DNA of 64,000 bases from a virus (IMGVR_UViG_3300018080_004888:1-64000); one strand, 5' to 3'; counted from the stretch's first letter, positions 22,166 to 33,784 are shown. Notes: generated from the sequence alone by a model not told the origin. Program-made: numbers and translations.

Positions 22166-22620
22166 GTATCCCTTTCTTTATCGGTATAATTTCGACCTTG
22201 GGACCATCTTGTGTACCATAGATCATATAGAATTCCCCGTCAAGCTCAAAGATGCAACCCTCCCCCTCCTCTAGTGGGGGAAAATGATAGGTGATGTTTA
22301 AACTAGGAGAGGAAAACCCCTCAAAGGTAGACATCTTGATAATAACTGGCTTTGGGGATGACAGAGAATAGACCAAACTTCCGAAAAATACAAGGGCTAT
22401 CAGGGTGCTGAAAATGATGAATTTTTTTACCATAGGCCAATTGTTCTCCATATACCGTCGATCTTTTTCTGCCCGAGAAAGCAGAAACGACATTCCCGAC
22501 AAGTCATTGTCTCAAATTCGTAAACCTTCCATTTGTGGAAACCGAACTTGCAGCGAACCATCCGAATTAGGCTCTTGATTGTCCCAACATATTGCACCTC
22601 CTCGCGGCGGTGTGCCACAA

Positions 22621-22692
22621 AGCATCCAACGGGATTCGAACCCGTGCTTACAGCTTGGGAAGCTGTCGTGCTGCCGCTGACACTACGGACGC
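22621..22692 (-). tRNA. tRNA-Gly(CCC).
   Basis: Manual fold of 72 nt. Acceptor GCGUCCG/UGGAUGC, D-stem GUGU/GCAC, anticodon stem ACAGC/GCUGU, anticodon loop UUCCCAA, T-arm ACGGG-UUCGAAU-CCCGU. Confidence 0.6.
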
Positions 22693-23303
22693 TAATTTTC
22701 CCTTAAATAGGTAGTCAATTTTTCCATGAATTCTTCTTCGGACATCTCTCTTTTTTCTGTGTTGCAACCAGTACAGCAAAGAACCAAATTGGTTCTAATA
22801 TCACCTCCTCCGTTGGCTCTAGGCACAACATGATCTACGGTTGTGTTACATAGGGGCATCTTTTGTTGGCAATAATAACAATAGGGGTTTTCTTTCCACT
22901 TTTGATATCTAAAAATTGCCAAGGCACTCTTTCCAGGAGGGCATGATTTACAGGCTTTGCGTTTACACCTTCTGTTATCAACGCAATCTTCGCAAACAAG
23001 AGCCTCTATACCGAACTTTCTATTTCCGCTTGCCCTGACCTTGATTAAACGCGAGTTTTCTAGGTCAAGTTTTGCGTGACAGCAAAAGCAGAATTCTTGG
23101 TGTAAAAGTCTAACGATTTTCTCTCGAAGTTCATTGTCGATATCGCGAGGAACAGGAAACCAAGCACAATTTGTATCAAATTTCGGGCGGCCTCGGGCGG
23201 CCTTTTGTATCTTAGTCAATTTTTTCTTCATTTTGTATGCAATCAGAACATAGGGTATAGCACCGATGCCCCTTGGTGAAACTCTTGGCATCATCAGCAC
23301 CAC
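22692..23303 (-). CDS. HNH endonuclease.
   Basis: C-terminal CYYCQQKM...VDHVVPRANGG...CCTGCN motif set, typical of the HNH fold. Confidence 0.65.
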   Translation of the reverse strand: MVLMMPRVSPRGIGAIPYVLIAYKMKKKLTKIQKAARGRPKFDTNCAWFPVPRDIDNELREKIVRLLHQEFCFCCHAKLDLENSRLIKVRASGNRKFGIEALVCEDCVDNRRCKRKACKSCPPGKSALAIFRYQKWKENPYCYYCQQKMPLCNTTVDHVVPRANGGGDIRTNLVLCCTGCNTEKREMSEEEFMEKLTTYLREN

Positions 23304-23608
23304 ACTTTTGACAGATCGTTAGGGACCTTTCTTCTGTCGCTTTGATTTTTCCCTTCATGGAATCAGTCCCTTCGTGGAAGAGAATTCTTAACTGTCCATA
23401 CTTCTCTTTGATCTGTACAAGCTGCACGTAATTGGGCGGGCAAATTTCCTCTTGTAAATCTTTGACGAGTTGGACAACAATTTCGTCCCAGCCGCTCGGC
23501 CAATCATAGAATTTGTTGGCTGATGGTAGAAGCCATCTATATTGCTGAATTAGGGCTTTGAATTCTTCTTTTTCCATACCGAATGTATAACACAAAACAC
23601 GGCAGAAA

Positions 23609-24859
23609 TCAAGTCGCCCAAAAAGACCGTTGCGGACTTTCTAGAGATTTGTGTATTTCTTCGGGAGACATTTTAGGCCATCGATGCATCTGATAGCGTC
23701 CATATTTTTCTGGAATGTCGGTTTTTGTAATCATTTCTTCTGGGTCCATTCCGGCCAACCGGTGAATCCAGCTTACATGACCGCCACCAATGTCTCCAGC
23801 AGCCATAGGAGCCCTAATTTCCGCCTCTCTGCTGCCGCCGCCTTTTCCACGCATGGAAACTTTGGTAATTGGCTCTAGGCCCTTGAATTGAGCATAGGGC
23901 TCTTTTTCTGGATCGAAAGCAGGCCCCCACTCCTCTTCTTCTCGCTCTCGTTCTGTCTTGGGGAGAGATGAGGCATATTGGTATATGGTCGCCATATAGT
24001 CTACCCAGATATTCCAAAGAGCAGCAACATCAATTCCATGATCTCTAAGCTTTTCAAGTAGTTCCAAATAAGTCTTAATGTTTCGCTCGGTTTTCTTTGC
24101 GTTGCCTTTTTCCCAAGCAGCAGGATTGAACTCTTCGGGACTTGGGCTTCTCCACCCCAACTCTTGGGCGGTTTGCTTATAGATACGTGCATTATGCACA
24201 TCAATACATCCTAATTTACCAAAAATCAACTGGATAATGAAGCCCGCCTTAACAGGAGCAACTCCGGTAATGGACGAAAATAAATCGACCAATCCTGCGA
24301 GATCGTCTTTGGCATTCAGCGACATTGCTCTTTGATAGATTTGTTTTCGCCGGTTCCAAATTTCCGCAACAGTAGACAGCTTAAAGCCAAAAACGACGCC
24401 TTTCGCTTTCGCTCCTTTGTAGGCAAACTTTTGTTTTAGTAATTGGTCCAATTCTTCTTTGGAGGTACGACGATCTCCTTTGGCTAGCAAATACCGCATA
24501 ATATAAACAACAGCGGGATAATGTCGTCGCATATCCCCAAATAGAGTTCTGGCTGAAAGCGGAGAAAACATCGCAACCTGGGCCATATTCTCGGGACTTC
24601 TCTGTGCGTATTTGCCGATGATGGGTTGATCCCTGCCGTAGGCATCTATATCTAATTCCTTAATAGCCTTTCGGTCAATAGTAGGCTCACGGCGGGTTAT
24701 TTCTTTTCCACCTGGGATAAAGAAGGTCTGTCGCTCGGCCTCTGTCAAAAATCCTTTTTCGATAGCTGCTTCAACGACCCATTCGACAAAAAGATTGTCT
24801 AGGATGCGTGTTTCGGCCATAAATTTCCTGAATTCCATACAATTATTTAGCCGAAACAT
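23609..24859 (-). CDS. Hypothetical protein of 416 aa.
   Basis: Long ORF with no recognised motif. Confidence 0.35.
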   Translation of the reverse strand: MFRLNNCMEFRKFMAETRILDNLFVEWVVEAAIEKGFLTEAERQTFFIPGGKEITRREPTIDRKAIKELDIDAYGRDQPIIGKYAQRSPENMAQVAMFSPLSARTLFGDMRRHYPAVVYIMRYLLAKGDRRTSKEELDQLLKQKFAYKGAKAKGVVFGFKLSTVAEIWNRRKQIYQRAMSLNAKDDLAGLVDLFSSITGVAPVKAGFIIQLIFGKLGCIDVHNARIYKQTAQELGWRSPSPEEFNPAAWEKGNAKKTERNIKTYLELLEKLRDHGIDVAALWNIWVDYMATIYQYASSLPKTEREREEEEWGPAFDPEKEPYAQFKGLEPITKVSMRGKGGGSREAEIRAPMAAGDIGGGHVSWIHRLAGMDPEEMITKTDIPEKYGRYQMHRWPKMSPEEIHKSLESPQRSFWAT

Positions 24860-24870
24860 AAATATATCGT

Positions 24871-26136
24871 ATGATAAATTTCAGGATTTGGCTTGAGCAA
24901 CGAGGAGCCTTAGAAGATTTCTTCGTAAGGGTAAAAAGACGTGTCTTAGCTACAATGGTCGTCCAACCTACCAGAGTAACTTTCACGTTTCCGCTGAATT
25001 ACCGCGAAATGTGGGTTACCGCTCCTGCTGCCCCCACCATTGAAAAGCCTGCTGCCGAGGAACCGATGGAAAGAATGCCAATGGGCCTCGCGGCAGGACA
25101 ATATCCCGAGCCTACGGTTGAGCAGCGAGGTTTCCAGCAGAAAAAAGGGTTAGGGGCTGAAAAAGCCCTCCGTTCGTTGGCCGATCCCGAATGGATGGAT
25201 TGGGGGAAATACCGAAAAGTTATGGGTAAAGGGCTAGGCAAAATATCCTCGATTATAGGATTTCTTTTCGAGATCGATGTCTTCTTATATTTCGTAAAAA
25301 GCAAAGGATTAAATACGCCTTCGTTCGTCACACAATTTGAGACAGAAAAGAAAGAATATATCGAACAAATGTCCCTCAAAGTTCCCGATGATGAATCCAA
25401 GCAAATGATTCTTTTCTCTATAAAAACACATGCACAAGATTTAGCAGAGAAGATGCTCCAAAAAACCGCAAGTGTTTTGAACTGCAACGTCGATAATGTG
25501 ATGTTTACAGGCGGCCCTACTCTTGCGGAAAAACAGCGAAGAAATCCCGCAGATCTCGCCCTTGTTTGTAGCGAAGAAGAAAAGCGATTGGGATGGAGTT
25601 TGAAACTTACGGGAGAAACAAGAGTATTCGTTGCCAACCTTAGTCCAAAATCCACCTACAAATTACTAGGCGGCGGTCGAGAAAAAAGCTTTGAAACCGC
25701 CATGAAAGCAGGAATGGATAGGTGGAAGAAATATGGCAGACAAGGATATGACTTCTTCCTCGAAGAAATAATGCCCTACTTCAACCAAGCAGCGGAAAAG
25801 AAGTTTGAGAATCCTGCGTCCGCTCCCAGAATCTTCGCGAATATGCTAACCAAACTTCTGACCGGGGATAAGGAAACGAGGTTGGCAATTCGCCATTACG
25901 CAACCGGAGCAAAAGGAGGCGGGGCCGATTGGTCTGGGGCTATCAAGAGAGATTTCTATACAAATGGACGACTTAAAGCCAAACCTAACGCGGTCATCAT
26001 AGTTGAGCCGTCGAAAACCCAATTGAAGATCACCTATAAGCTCAAGGGCGGCTCACAACACGGAACCAAGATATTTTTCTCTCCGAAAGGTGAAGACATA
26101 ACCATCAAGGTAACCAATTTGACCTCAGACAGATAG
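24871..26136 (+). CDS. Hypothetical protein of 421 aa.
   Basis: Long plus-strand ORF divergent from 23609..24859, with only an 11-bp gap. Confidence 0.35.
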   Translation: MINFRIWLEQRGALEDFFVRVKRRVLATMVVQPTRVTFTFPLNYREMWVTAPAAPTIEKPAAEEPMERMPMGLAAGQYPEPTVEQRGFQQKKGLGAEKALRSLADPEWMDWGKYRKVMGKGLGKISSIIGFLFEIDVFLYFVKSKGLNTPSFVTQFETEKKEYIEQMSLKVPDDESKQMILFSIKTHAQDLAEKMLQKTASVLNCNVDNVMFTGGPTLAEKQRRNPADLALVCSEEEKRLGWSLKLTGETRVFVANLSPKSTYKLLGGGREKSFETAMKAGMDRWKKYGRQGYDFFLEEIMPYFNQAAEKKFENPASAPRIFANMLTKLLTGDKETRLAIRHYATGAKGGGADWSGAIKRDFYTNGRLKAKPNAVIIVEPSKTQLKITYKLKGGSQHGTKIFFSPKGEDITIKVTNLTSDR

Positions 26137-27555
26137 CACCTCACACACCCATCGTGTGGGACAAAGCTTTAAGATTTCGTCATCTGTTAATCCTTCGCAT
26201 TCGTCACCATAGACATCTTTCATCCACTCTACGAATACTTCGTCTTCATCGGCTCCATCTGGCAGGTCTATCACAATTGGCTGGATTGGGTCTGCATTCC
26301 TTAAAACAACAATAACATACATAATTTCCTCCGACCTAGAAGAGTATCATTTCTGACTTTTCTTCTCGGCCTTATCCAGCTTCTTTTGGAGCTTTGTGTT
26401 CTCACTCTCTAGTTCTTTTACTCTCTCCAGAAGCTCATGGATCTTTACTCCCTGCCTAGTCTGTTGTTTAACTAGATCCCTTATGACTCCTTGAGGATCT
26501 TCCTGGCATCTTGTTTCGAAGATGTTCTTATCCATCCTTCTCGTCCCAATCTTTGGAAAGCTTAAATCCCTTTTCCTTTGCATAGATCTGGAAAACCTTG
26601 TAGAATTCCTTTTTGTATTCTTCTCTCGATCCATATTCGGGCCAATGCCAACGCGTTCCGCCCCACTTGTCAGCAACAGCAGGAGGCTGATCTTCTGGCA
26701 TGATTTCTTGGATCAATGCAGCGGAGATTCTCTCATGGTCATCAAAGCCCCCGTCACATTCCCATAATTCCGAGGCAATGTCTCGGTAATCTTCAATCAA
26801 TCTTTTTGCCTGCTCGTCTGTAAGAAGAACGCCGTAGAATGTGGCTTCTTCTTTGACGGTCTCTACGTCTTGGGCCTCTATGGTAAATTTCATTTCTTCT
26901 TCCTTTTCTTGGGCTTTGCTTGATCGTTATACCGTCTTTATATTCAACCTTCATCAATTACGGCCCCTCCGATCTTTTTGACCGCCTCGACCAATAAAGA
27001 CTCCAAAAAGCCATCGGACAACTCAATGGGGACCGGACTTTGAATCTGCATCCCGTATCCTATGTCGTCTTCGCTCATACCCTCGGGTTTATGCTCTAGG
27101 TCGATTGTGATTTGATATCCCTTTTCTCGAACGACCTCTTGCATCGCTGTTACAAGTTGGTCCCCTAGTGATATGGTTTGGATATCAGGCATCGTCATCT
27201 CCATATCGATCATATTTGAGTTCATTCAAGATAAACTGGGCGGCATGGAGCGTGGCGAAACTTCCATCTTCATGCCGAATTTCAAAGGGATTTTCGCACT
27301 CAATTTCCCAGCCAGCATGAGCGAGAATCTCTTCATCGCTCATCTTCTTCTCTTGGTGCTTCTCTATCCAAGCATCAGCTTTATCCAAGGCTTCGTCTAA
27401 TTCTTCCTTGAGCCTTCTAGCTTCATTGATTCGATAGGCACAATGTTCACCGGAAGACATGCCAAAATCATCCGAAACTATAATTGCCTTATGATCTTCT
27501 ATGCAAGACTTTATAGGCCCACCTGGATCTCGAAACTTAAATCCCATCATCCGAC

Positions 27556-28542
27556 CTATTTTGCTGGAGTGGCTAGATCGTTCAGGATAACCGGAAGGCC
27601 ATCATCACCGCCTCCGATGATAACGACTTTGGTATTTCTACTTTCCGCCAAAGCTTTCGTAGCATCAATGGCCCGAAGCCTAAGCAGATCGGTAGTCAGG
27701 TTTTTGCTGGCGGCGACATTGTAATTGTCGATAGCTTCGCCTTCCTTCTGCATCTTCTCTTTTTCCTTCTCGGCCCTCATGATTTCGAATTCCATTTGTT
27801 GGGCTCGTTGGTCCGCAGCCAATTTTTCTTCGATGGCTGTCCAAACCCTCTCGGGAATTCCCACATGCCGCAACAAGCAGTTGGAGACTACGATAGCCAC
27901 CTCGGGCGGGCTTTCGTAGGTAGCGAGGATCTTCTTGATCTCCTTATCAGTTTCTTCTCGCATTTTTTCGGCGGCTTCCTCCCGCTTATCTCCACGAAGT
28001 TGCTCGGCAGTATAGTCCTTCGCGGCACTTCGCACTGCCGTGCGAACTGCCGCTCTTACCAAATCGGTTCCGTAATTTGGCCCAAGATTTTGAAAAACCC
28101 AAGGACCGGCAGCGGAATTCAAACGATAGGTGATACTCAGATCGAGCGGGCATTTAAGATCATCGCTACTAATGGCGATAATCGAATCGTCACCAGCTAC
28201 CTGCCCCTCATCTGCTATTGACGACATCGTGTAAACCTCTGTCCGAATCGACATGGGCTCAACACTTAAAAATGGGTTTACGAAATGCAATCCTTCGGAC
28301 ATAGGCTGATCCAAATACACTTGCCCGAAGAGTCTCTTAACGCCTACTTGCCCCGAATCAACTATTCGAAGGCAGGAAAAGACGACAATGAGCAATCCAA
28401 CCACACCGACGACACCGGCAATCGTTTTGAAAATTCCGGGAAATCGGTATGTCTCTTTGGTATAGTTGTCTGGAAATCCGACATTCCTAATCGCAAACAA
28501 AACAGCAGCGATCACAAAAAAGATGATTGCTAAGTAAATCAT
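27556..28542 (-). CDS. SPFH/Band-7 (prohibitin/HflK-like) membrane protein.
   Basis: N-terminal transmembrane helix, then VKRLFGQV...SIRTEVY...ITYRL and a coiled-coil C-terminus, typical of SPFH-domain proteins. Confidence 0.65.
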   Translation of the reverse strand: MIYLAIIFFVIAAVLFAIRNVGFPDNYTKETYRFPGIFKTIAGVVGVVGLLIVVFSCLRIVDSGQVGVKRLFGQVYLDQPMSEGLHFVNPFLSVEPMSIRTEVYTMSSIADEGQVAGDDSIIAISSDDLKCPLDLSITYRLNSAAGPWVFQNLGPNYGTDLVRAAVRTAVRSAAKDYTAEQLRGDKREEAAEKMREETDKEIKKILATYESPPEVAIVVSNCLLRHVGIPERVWTAIEEKLAADQRAQQMEFEIMRAEKEKEKMQKEGEAIDNYNVAASKNLTTDLLRLRAIDATKALAESRNTKVVIIGGGDDGLPVILNDLATPAK

Positions 28543-29119
28543 TTTTCAACCTTTCAGAACCAATGGTCCCATTCGAGGCCTAACGCGGCGGCACAGAATC
28601 CAAATCCTGTGGCTCCGAGAATAAACATAAAGAAACCTTCTATTTCTAAGCACTTCCATCCGTAGACAGAAAAGGCTATCATTCCTGCTCCAAAAAGAAA
28701 TTGGGAAGCTTTCAAGAAGGCACTTCCTTTCTTTTTATCTTTTTCTTCGCTCATTTGTCTAGTCTCCTATATGCTGTGCGGACCAACTTCTCTACCGCTC
28801 CAGGAACTTGCGGACCATTGGGACAAAGTTCTCCGCATATACAACACTCTGCGAGCATACATTCCATATTCACCATCCCTGTTGATAATTCCTCTATTTC
28901 AAACCGACAACCGGCTTTAACTAAAATCTCAGCCAAGCTCTCTACTTCATCAGACACATCAATTTCTACAGGAACTCGCCTGCCATCAGGACGTAGAAAT
29001 TGTGTAAAAGGTATGCTCATCTTTCTGCCTCCAGGATTTCGTGTATTTTACTAATCTGATAGGTTTTGTCAATCTGGAAATTAGTGAAATGTTTTCTAAA
29101 TAAGGTAGAGAGGTAAAGC

Positions 29120-30376
29120 ATGGCAATGCTGGAGGATGCCAAAAAGCAGCTTGAGGCAGCTTATCAGTATGCGGATATAGACCCTGAAAGCTGGGAAAGG
29201 CTTCAATTTCCACAAAAAACGCTCCAAGTTTCCATCCCAATGCGTCATGATGATGGAACTCTGAAAATCTACAAAGCATACCGCTGTCAATATGACTCTA
29301 CTCTCGGCCCCACCAAAGGCGGCATCCGATATCATCCCAACGTGGGTCGCGACGAAATCGAGGCACTTGCGTTTTGGATGACTTTCAAGAATGCAGCAAT
29401 CAAGGTTCCTTTTGGGGGAGCTAAGGGAGGAGTGTGTGTCAATGCAAGGGATCTATCCCACAGAGAACTAGAGCGTCTAGCTAAAGCCTACACAGCCGCC
29501 TTCGTAGACTTCATCGGCCCTGACGAAGATATCCCCGCTCCCGATGTCGGAACGGGGGAAAGGGTAATGGGATGGATGTTCTCAGAATACCGAAAAATCA
29601 AAGGTGGGCATCCGCGAGATATAGTGACCGGAAAGCCGGTTGCATTGGGCGGCATCCCAGGCAGAAAATCGGCCACCGGATATGGCGGCTACTATGTCTT
29701 AGACTACCTTTTAAGAAACCATGCTTGGCAATTTAAGATCCCAGGCAAACAAGAAATAACAGTAGCCATTCAAGGATTCGGGCAGGTTGGATACTGGTTT
29801 GCTGAGGCTCTTTATCGTCATGGATTTACGGTAGTTGGCTTGACCAATGAATACGGGGGAACCTATGATCCAAAGGGACTTAATATTCCTGCTTGCCGCC
29901 ACGCTTTAGATCAAAGCGATAGTAAAGAATGGGGACACGGAAGTGAAATTACGAACGATGAACTTCTGGCACTCGATGTGGATATTCTGGTCCCAGCAGC
30001 TATTGAAAATGTCATCACCGAAAAGAACGCTGACGATATTAAAGCCAAAATGATATTTGAGCTAGCCAATGGGCCTCTTACAAATGCCGCCGATGCAATT
30101 CTCCAAGAAAAAGCCGTAATCGTTCCAGATATTCTCGCCAATGCCGGTGGTGTCGTAGTCTCGTATTTCGAATGGCTCCAGAATAGAACCGCCCAATACC
30201 GATCCGAGGAAGAAGTTGAAAAACAACTGCGAGAAAAGATGGAATACGCAACCAGTCGCGTCATGGTGCGACATCTGGAGCATAGTATCTCTTTGAGAAC
30301 CGCTGCGTATGTGTTGGCCCTCAAACGGATTAGCGAAGCAAACGAGAGTCTAGGGAATAAGAGTTATTTCGCATAA
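29120..30376 (+). CDS. gdhA: NAD(P)-dependent glutamate dehydrogenase.
   Basis: GGIRYHPNV and KVPFGGAKGG catalytic and Gly-rich motifs, plus a GFGQVGYW Rossmann motif. 418 aa. Confidence 0.9.
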   Translation: MAMLEDAKKQLEAAYQYADIDPESWERLQFPQKTLQVSIPMRHDDGTLKIYKAYRCQYDSTLGPTKGGIRYHPNVGRDEIEALAFWMTFKNAAIKVPFGGAKGGVCVNARDLSHRELERLAKAYTAAFVDFIGPDEDIPAPDVGTGERVMGWMFSEYRKIKGGHPRDIVTGKPVALGGIPGRKSATGYGGYYVLDYLLRNHAWQFKIPGKQEITVAIQGFGQVGYWFAEALYRHGFTVVGLTNEYGGTYDPKGLNIPACRHALDQSDSKEWGHGSEITNDELLALDVDILVPAAIENVITEKNADDIKAKMIFELANGPLTNAADAILQEKAVIVPDILANAGGVVVSYFEWLQNRTAQYRSEEEVEKQLREKMEYATSRVMVRHLEHSISLRTAAYVLALKRISEANESLGNKSYFA

Positions 30377-31025
30377 TGTACAACGTTTCTTCGGCCCATG
30401 CATGGCAAGCACGATGGCACCAACTTGGAGGGTGTATTTCCGTAATTATAGCATCTGTCGCGAATGCCTCTCGGTATTGAAATGATCCTTTGTAATGCGG
30501 GTAATAAAAAGTGTTGTCCGGTGTTGTCATTGAGAACGACCCCGGCAAGATTTTTACACGATGAAACCAATTCGTATTGCAACGAGGCCCAGTCTCCTCT
30601 TTGTAGCCATAACTCACCCAAGTGTTATAGAAAATCAGGTCATGTTCTTCTCGATTGTACCACCAATCGAGCAAGCAATTTGCTGTTGCGGCCCTCTTCA
30701 TTCCCTGATGTTCGGGCAGCTTCCATTCTATATTCATGATCTTATTGGAACTAGGGAAAGGGCCTCCATAGCCACAAGCGATCCAACCATATCCAAGAAC
30801 ATAAAATCCACTATAAAATCCTTTAGGATCATGTGGGTAAAGCCACTCGGGCGGCCTTGGAATATAAATTTTGGGCCTATATCCTGGCGGATTGTCATGC
30901 CACGGCCCCGGCCACGGTTTTTTCTCTGGAATTTGAGGTTCCTCGGGCAAAATCGATAGAGGAAGCACCGCTGCGGCTCCCGCCGCAGCGGTGCTTTTTA
31001 AGAATTCACGTCTATTCATTTTCAT
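30330..31025 (-). CDS. Tat-signal secreted hypothetical protein (family member 9).
   Basis: MKMNRREFLKSTAAAGAAAVLPLSILPE N-terminus. Confidence 0.55.
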   Translation of the reverse strand: MKMNRREFLKSTAAAGAAAVLPLSILPEEPQIPEKKPWPGPWHDNPPGYRPKIYIPRPPEWLYPHDPKGFYSGFYVLGYGWIACGYGGPFPSSNKIMNIEWKLPEHQGMKRAATANCLLDWWYNREEHDLIFYNTWVSYGYKEETGPRCNTNWFHRVKILPGSFSMTTPDNTFYYPHYKGSFQYREAFATDAIITEIHPPSWCHRACHAWAEETLYIMRNNSYSLDSRLLR

Positions 31026-31524
31026 AGCTCCTCATATCATCCACCATGACTTTAGGAACAGCCCAGTTATCTGGGACATAAAGTTGGGATTGATAGTTCT
31101 TTCTAGGCTTCGGCCAATGAGAGGGCCTGAATCCTCGGGCCGCAAACAAGAGAATCGCTGCGTGTCGTATGGTGCAAATTTCCGCATAGAGAGGGCCATA
31201 TTTGAAAGGCTCTTTTTTAATGACCTCATCCTCTGGCTGTACGGATGTGAGTATATTTTGTTCTTTGCCCTCCCAACAACGGTATCGGTGGCCGTTTGCG
31301 AATTGTCCCACTACGCACACATCAAACATATCGGGACTTGTGGAATTATTCTCAAACCAAACAAGGAGATCGTTGCACCCATCCCAGCATCCTGGGGCTG
31401 TTTCTTTGCCATATAGGAAGATCCAAACCTTGGGAGCAGATTTAGTTTCCGGCAAAATCGAGATGGGAAGCATTGCAGCCGCTCCAACGGCAGCACTAGT
31501 CTTCAAAAATTCTCTTCGGTCCAT
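31012..31524 (-). CDS. Tat-signal secreted hypothetical protein (family member 10).
   Basis: MDRREFLKTSAAVGAAAMLPISILPE N-terminus. Confidence 0.55.
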   Translation of the reverse strand: MDRREFLKTSAAVGAAAMLPISILPETKSAPKVWIFLYGKETAPGCWDGCNDLLVWFENNSTSPDMFDVCVVGQFANGHRYRCWEGKEQNILTSVQPEDEVIKKEPFKYGPLYAEICTIRHAAILLFAARGFRPSHWPKPRKNYQSQLYVPDNWAVPKVMVDDMRSYENE

Positions 31525-32263
31525 GATCTTCTCCTTCTGGAGGCTTGAGTTTGACCCGAATTCTTTGGGCGGCTTTGGCTTCTTGTATCCTCTTCTTTTT
31601 CACTAGTGCGATATGTCTTTTCTGGAGAACTTGCCACGTTCTAGGGGATATTTTCATTTGAGCCACCACAGAACTCCTAAAATGATTGCTGTAAGAATCG
31701 CAGCCCCAACATAGAGCTTTATTTGCTCCCACCTAGATGCTTTTTCAAGTCCAGGCGGCTTGACCATAAAACGAACCCACTTGCATAGCAATAAATGCTC
31801 TTTGAGGTATTCCAGGTCTTCTTTTAAGTCAAATTTCACCTTACGGCCATGTGTCTTTGCGTTTTTTCGGTCTTCGGCAAAGTACTCGTTCGCCTTCGTC
31901 AGTTTCTAAAAGATTCTCAATATCCTTGCGTTCTTCTTCCCGTCGTGCTTTCTCCCATTTCTTTCTTCGTTCCTCGCAACCAGAGCAAGGGCGATCTTTT
32001 GCGAACGCGTCGTTTTTTCCGCAGCTATTGCACCTTCCTTTGGCATAGAGTTCTAGAAATTCCGCGAACTTCCCGACGAGGTACTCTTCCATGTCTTTGA
32101 TTTTGTCGTCTGCTTCTTTCTGCGTAGCCAAGAATACTTTTTTCTGATCTTCCAATATTCGGGCCGTTCTTTCGTCCTTGACCTCTAGGGCCTCGATGTC
32201 CAATGAAACGTAGAAATTTTCTAGACCAAAGTTCGAATCCGTCTTTTGGACTTCTGATTTTCT

Positions 32264-32953
32264 TCATTCGGGATACACGCTCTTTCCGATCAGAATTTCG
32301 TCGGGACCGCAAGCCTCAAAGCACTTGAACATCGCATCTTCGCGAGCTATAGGGTATTTCTCCATACCATCAAGCCACAAAGGATTTCTTCCATCGAAAG
32401 TACACTCCCTCAGATCTTTAATGTGTTGATCGTAGTGCCCTTGCGACCGATTGCCCCTCGCCCTGAAATAGCCAAGAGCCAAGAACTCAGCGATCCAGAA
32501 ATGATCCTCCGCTTCTTCCATAGTAATGTGAGGATCTTCACACCAAGACACATACGGCTCCCCAGGCAGAAAATAGCGACGACCAGAAGTGCTAATACCA
32601 GGGGTAGTAGGATCTTCCCAAATTTGGTATTTGTAGTGACCCAACGGTTGTCCAGGAAAACCCATGAACGACACAATGATCGAAGCAGTATAATAGTCTG
32701 CGTGGGGAGTATAGTTTTTAGCAGGGTAACCAGTTCCATAACCCTGCCTAGTACGCTCAAATCGAACTTCGTAAATGTTGTGGGCTATGGTGAATTTCTG
32801 CCTTTGGAGCCATCGCGAATTAGCGGCCCCATCGAATCGTTCGCCCCGAGCCATCTTATCGTACCTGATCGGTTCGGACTTTAGAATCGATAGGGGAAGC
32901 ACCGCTGCGGCTCCCGCCGCAGCGGTGCCTTTTAGAAAATCTCTTCTATTCAT
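32264..32953 (-). CDS. Tat-signal secreted hypothetical protein (family member 11).
   Basis: MNRRDFLKGTAAAGAAAVLPLSIL N-terminus. Shares an ARGNRSxxHY motif with 33785..34330. Confidence 0.55.
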   Translation of the reverse strand: MNRRDFLKGTAAAGAAAVLPLSILKSEPIRYDKMARGERFDGAANSRWLQRQKFTIAHNIYEVRFERTRQGYGTGYPAKNYTPHADYYTASIIVSFMGFPGQPLGHYKYQIWEDPTTPGISTSGRRYFLPGEPYVSWCEDPHITMEEAEDHFWIAEFLALGYFRARGNRSQGHYDQHIKDLRECTFDGRNPLWLDGMEKYPIAREDAMFKCFEACGPDEILIGKSVYPE

Positions 32954-33777
32954 GTCTTCGCTAGCTCCTTGTTAATGGTAAATCCGCCGAAATAGTTGAT
33001 CTTAACACTTTGTTCTGAGGGAGAGATGTAAATAGAGCCATCAACATAAAGTGTGATCCTCATCTCTCCCCAAACATGGCAGCCATCGCGAATGATTGCA
33101 TCTTGAGATTTGAGAATTGCGCGAGATCTTTTGGCGACACCCCAACCACAGTGAGCCTCCTCCCATTCAACCCCATCGAAAATCTCTTTGGCATTCTTGA
33201 TGGTGAAAAAATCTGGTTTGTCTTCGCACGGCACCAACTTGATTATTGGAAGTCCAGAACCATTCCACTGTCGGGTGAAAGATGATTGATCGTAGAAAGT
33301 CAGGCGAATGTTATTGCCATTTGGGTCAGGATAATATCCACAACCTAGTGGATCAGGATAATATCCACAAGCTCTTTTCACCTCTTTGACTTTTGCTTCC
33401 TCGATCCTCTGTCCCGTAGATTCCACCGGATCGAAATAGATCATTCCACTATAACATAGACTCAAGCGAAGCTCTCCCCAAATGACCCTTACCGGATAGA
33501 AACCACCAGGACCACCATTGAAAACAGCATCACATTCATTGACCCAAGCATGAGCAAACTTAAACCCTCCCTCCCAATCAGCGTTAGCGAAAATCTCCTT
33601 GGCATTAAGGACAGGGGGCATTTGTCGAAAAGCACCCGCCATCTTAATATTCTTAGGCTCCCCGAACTGAACGACGGGGAAATTGTTGGGATTCTCGACT
33701 TTGTTCGGTAAGATGGCAACCGCCGCAAGCGGAGCGGCGGCGGTTGCTCCTAAAAATTCACGTCGTTTCATTTTCAA
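32950..33777 (-). CDS. Tat-signal secreted hypothetical protein (family member 12) with an internal duplicated domain.
   Basis: MKMKRREFLGATAAAPLAAVAILPN N-terminus. Two NAKEIF...W...GE(L/M)R(L/I)(S/T)LY repeats. Confidence 0.5.
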   Translation of the reverse strand: MKMKRREFLGATAAAPLAAVAILPNKVENPNNFPVVQFGEPKNIKMAGAFRQMPPVLNAKEIFANADWEGGFKFAHAWVNECDAVFNGGPGGFYPVRVIWGELRLSLCYSGMIYFDPVESTGQRIEEAKVKEVKRACGYYPDPLGCGYYPDPNGNNIRLTFYDQSSFTRQWNGSGLPIIKLVPCEDKPDFFTIKNAKEIFDGVEWEEAHCGWGVAKRSRAILKSQDAIIRDGCHVWGEMRITLYVDGSIYISPSEQSVKINYFGGFTINKELAKT

Positions 33778-33784
33778 ATTCCTT

